The notes under the pieces: model-generated
Told to the model about the DNA's origin: nothing
Seen by the model: the letters and a program-made list of their open reading frames with translations, nothing else
The model's database searches: none
Position numbers and translations under genes: made by a program
Virus record (IMG/VR): IMGVR_UViG_3300049913_000009
Location: 1 to 36,770 of that record
Strand: one strand, 5' to 3'
DNA length: 36,770 bases
Origin: a virus
Taxonomy: Duplodnaviria; Caudoviricetes
Part shown: one piece after another, positions 36,299-36,770 of the stretch
Layout: each line of letters begins with the position of its first letter
How positions within the stretch are numbered: the stretch's first letter is position 1

Positions 36299-36765
36299 GA
36301 TGTCACGTGCCCTTCGCAGTCGACGGCTTTGTGGTGATGCGCTCCGCCTGACGTCTTGCAGGGTGAACAACAATTCAGCGTGTTGTCCAGGCGACAGGCC
36401 TTCTGATGCTGACAGGTGTAACAGAGACAGTGTTCGCATTCGGGTTCATCCTGGCAGACCTCTGAACGACGACCCGAGGGAATCTTTGCGACCGCGGCAG
36501 CCGACGTGTCGACGAACCGCGCATGCCCGAGCAGCGGCCACCGTTTTCTTGGATCCTCGAGATAACCCTGCTCGTTCTTGTGTCCCTTCGAACCTTCAGG
36601 CTTCAGCCAGACATGTGTGTACCAGGTCGGGCCGCTCACGTCCTCTGCTTCTTCAATAGCCACCAGCTGCTCGACTTGTTCGAGGGTGAGGACAATAAGC
36701 TGCTCATCGGCGTACGTCTCGTTGTACATCGCGCCGAAGGTGTCCTCTACAATCTTCTGCCCCAA
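36295..36765 (-). CDS. C-terminal part of the Cys-rich protein beginning at 2103
   Basis: In frame with 2103-1 once the terminal GGGAA is merged; ends with CEHCLCYTC...CCSPC...HHH...DC. Confidence 0.8.
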   Translation of the reverse strand: MGQKIVEDTFGAMYNETYADEQLIVLTLEQVEQLVAIEEAEDVSGPTWYTHVWLKPEGSKGHKNEQGYLEDPRKRWPLLGHARFVDTSAAAVAKIPSGRRSEVCQDEPECEHCLCYTCQHQKACRLDNTLNCCSPCKTSGGAHHHKAVDCEGHVTS

Positions 36766-36770
36766 GGGAA

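Noticed and set aside
1-36770. Terminal GGGAA as att core or target-site duplication
   Set aside because: It falls mid-gene with no integrase or transposase present; an assembly overlap of a circle is simpler

Overview
The window looks like a complete ~36.77-kb circular genome of a tailed siphovirus-type phage, probably a phage-plasmid. The ends share GGGAA, and an ORF runs in frame across the junction. Almost all genes lie on the minus strand. Read from high to low coordinates they are: terminase, SPP1-type portal, P22-coat-like capsid, head-tail genes, tail genes with a -1 frameshift chaperone, lysis genes, tail fibres, then early genes, lambda-O-like replication with iterons, a DnaC-like ATPase, an antirepressor and nin-like accessory genes. 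A short plus-strand arm carries a type Ib partition cassette (RHH, a broken ParA, a ParG-like protein, 8-bp-period repeats). I recognise no integrase and no CI-type repressor. The most notable observation is a promoter-proximal leader at ~8580-8700. It carries a 19-nt sequence complementary, with only G-U mismatches, to an extended Shine-Dalgarno motif found at four other loci, which suggests a multi-target antisense-RNA switch. Other highlights are an ~857-aa protein with 8 CxCxxC modules that the ORF track missed, an endolysin starting at ACG, and a leader peptide coupled to rep. All family calls come from motif recognition by eye; no searches were run.
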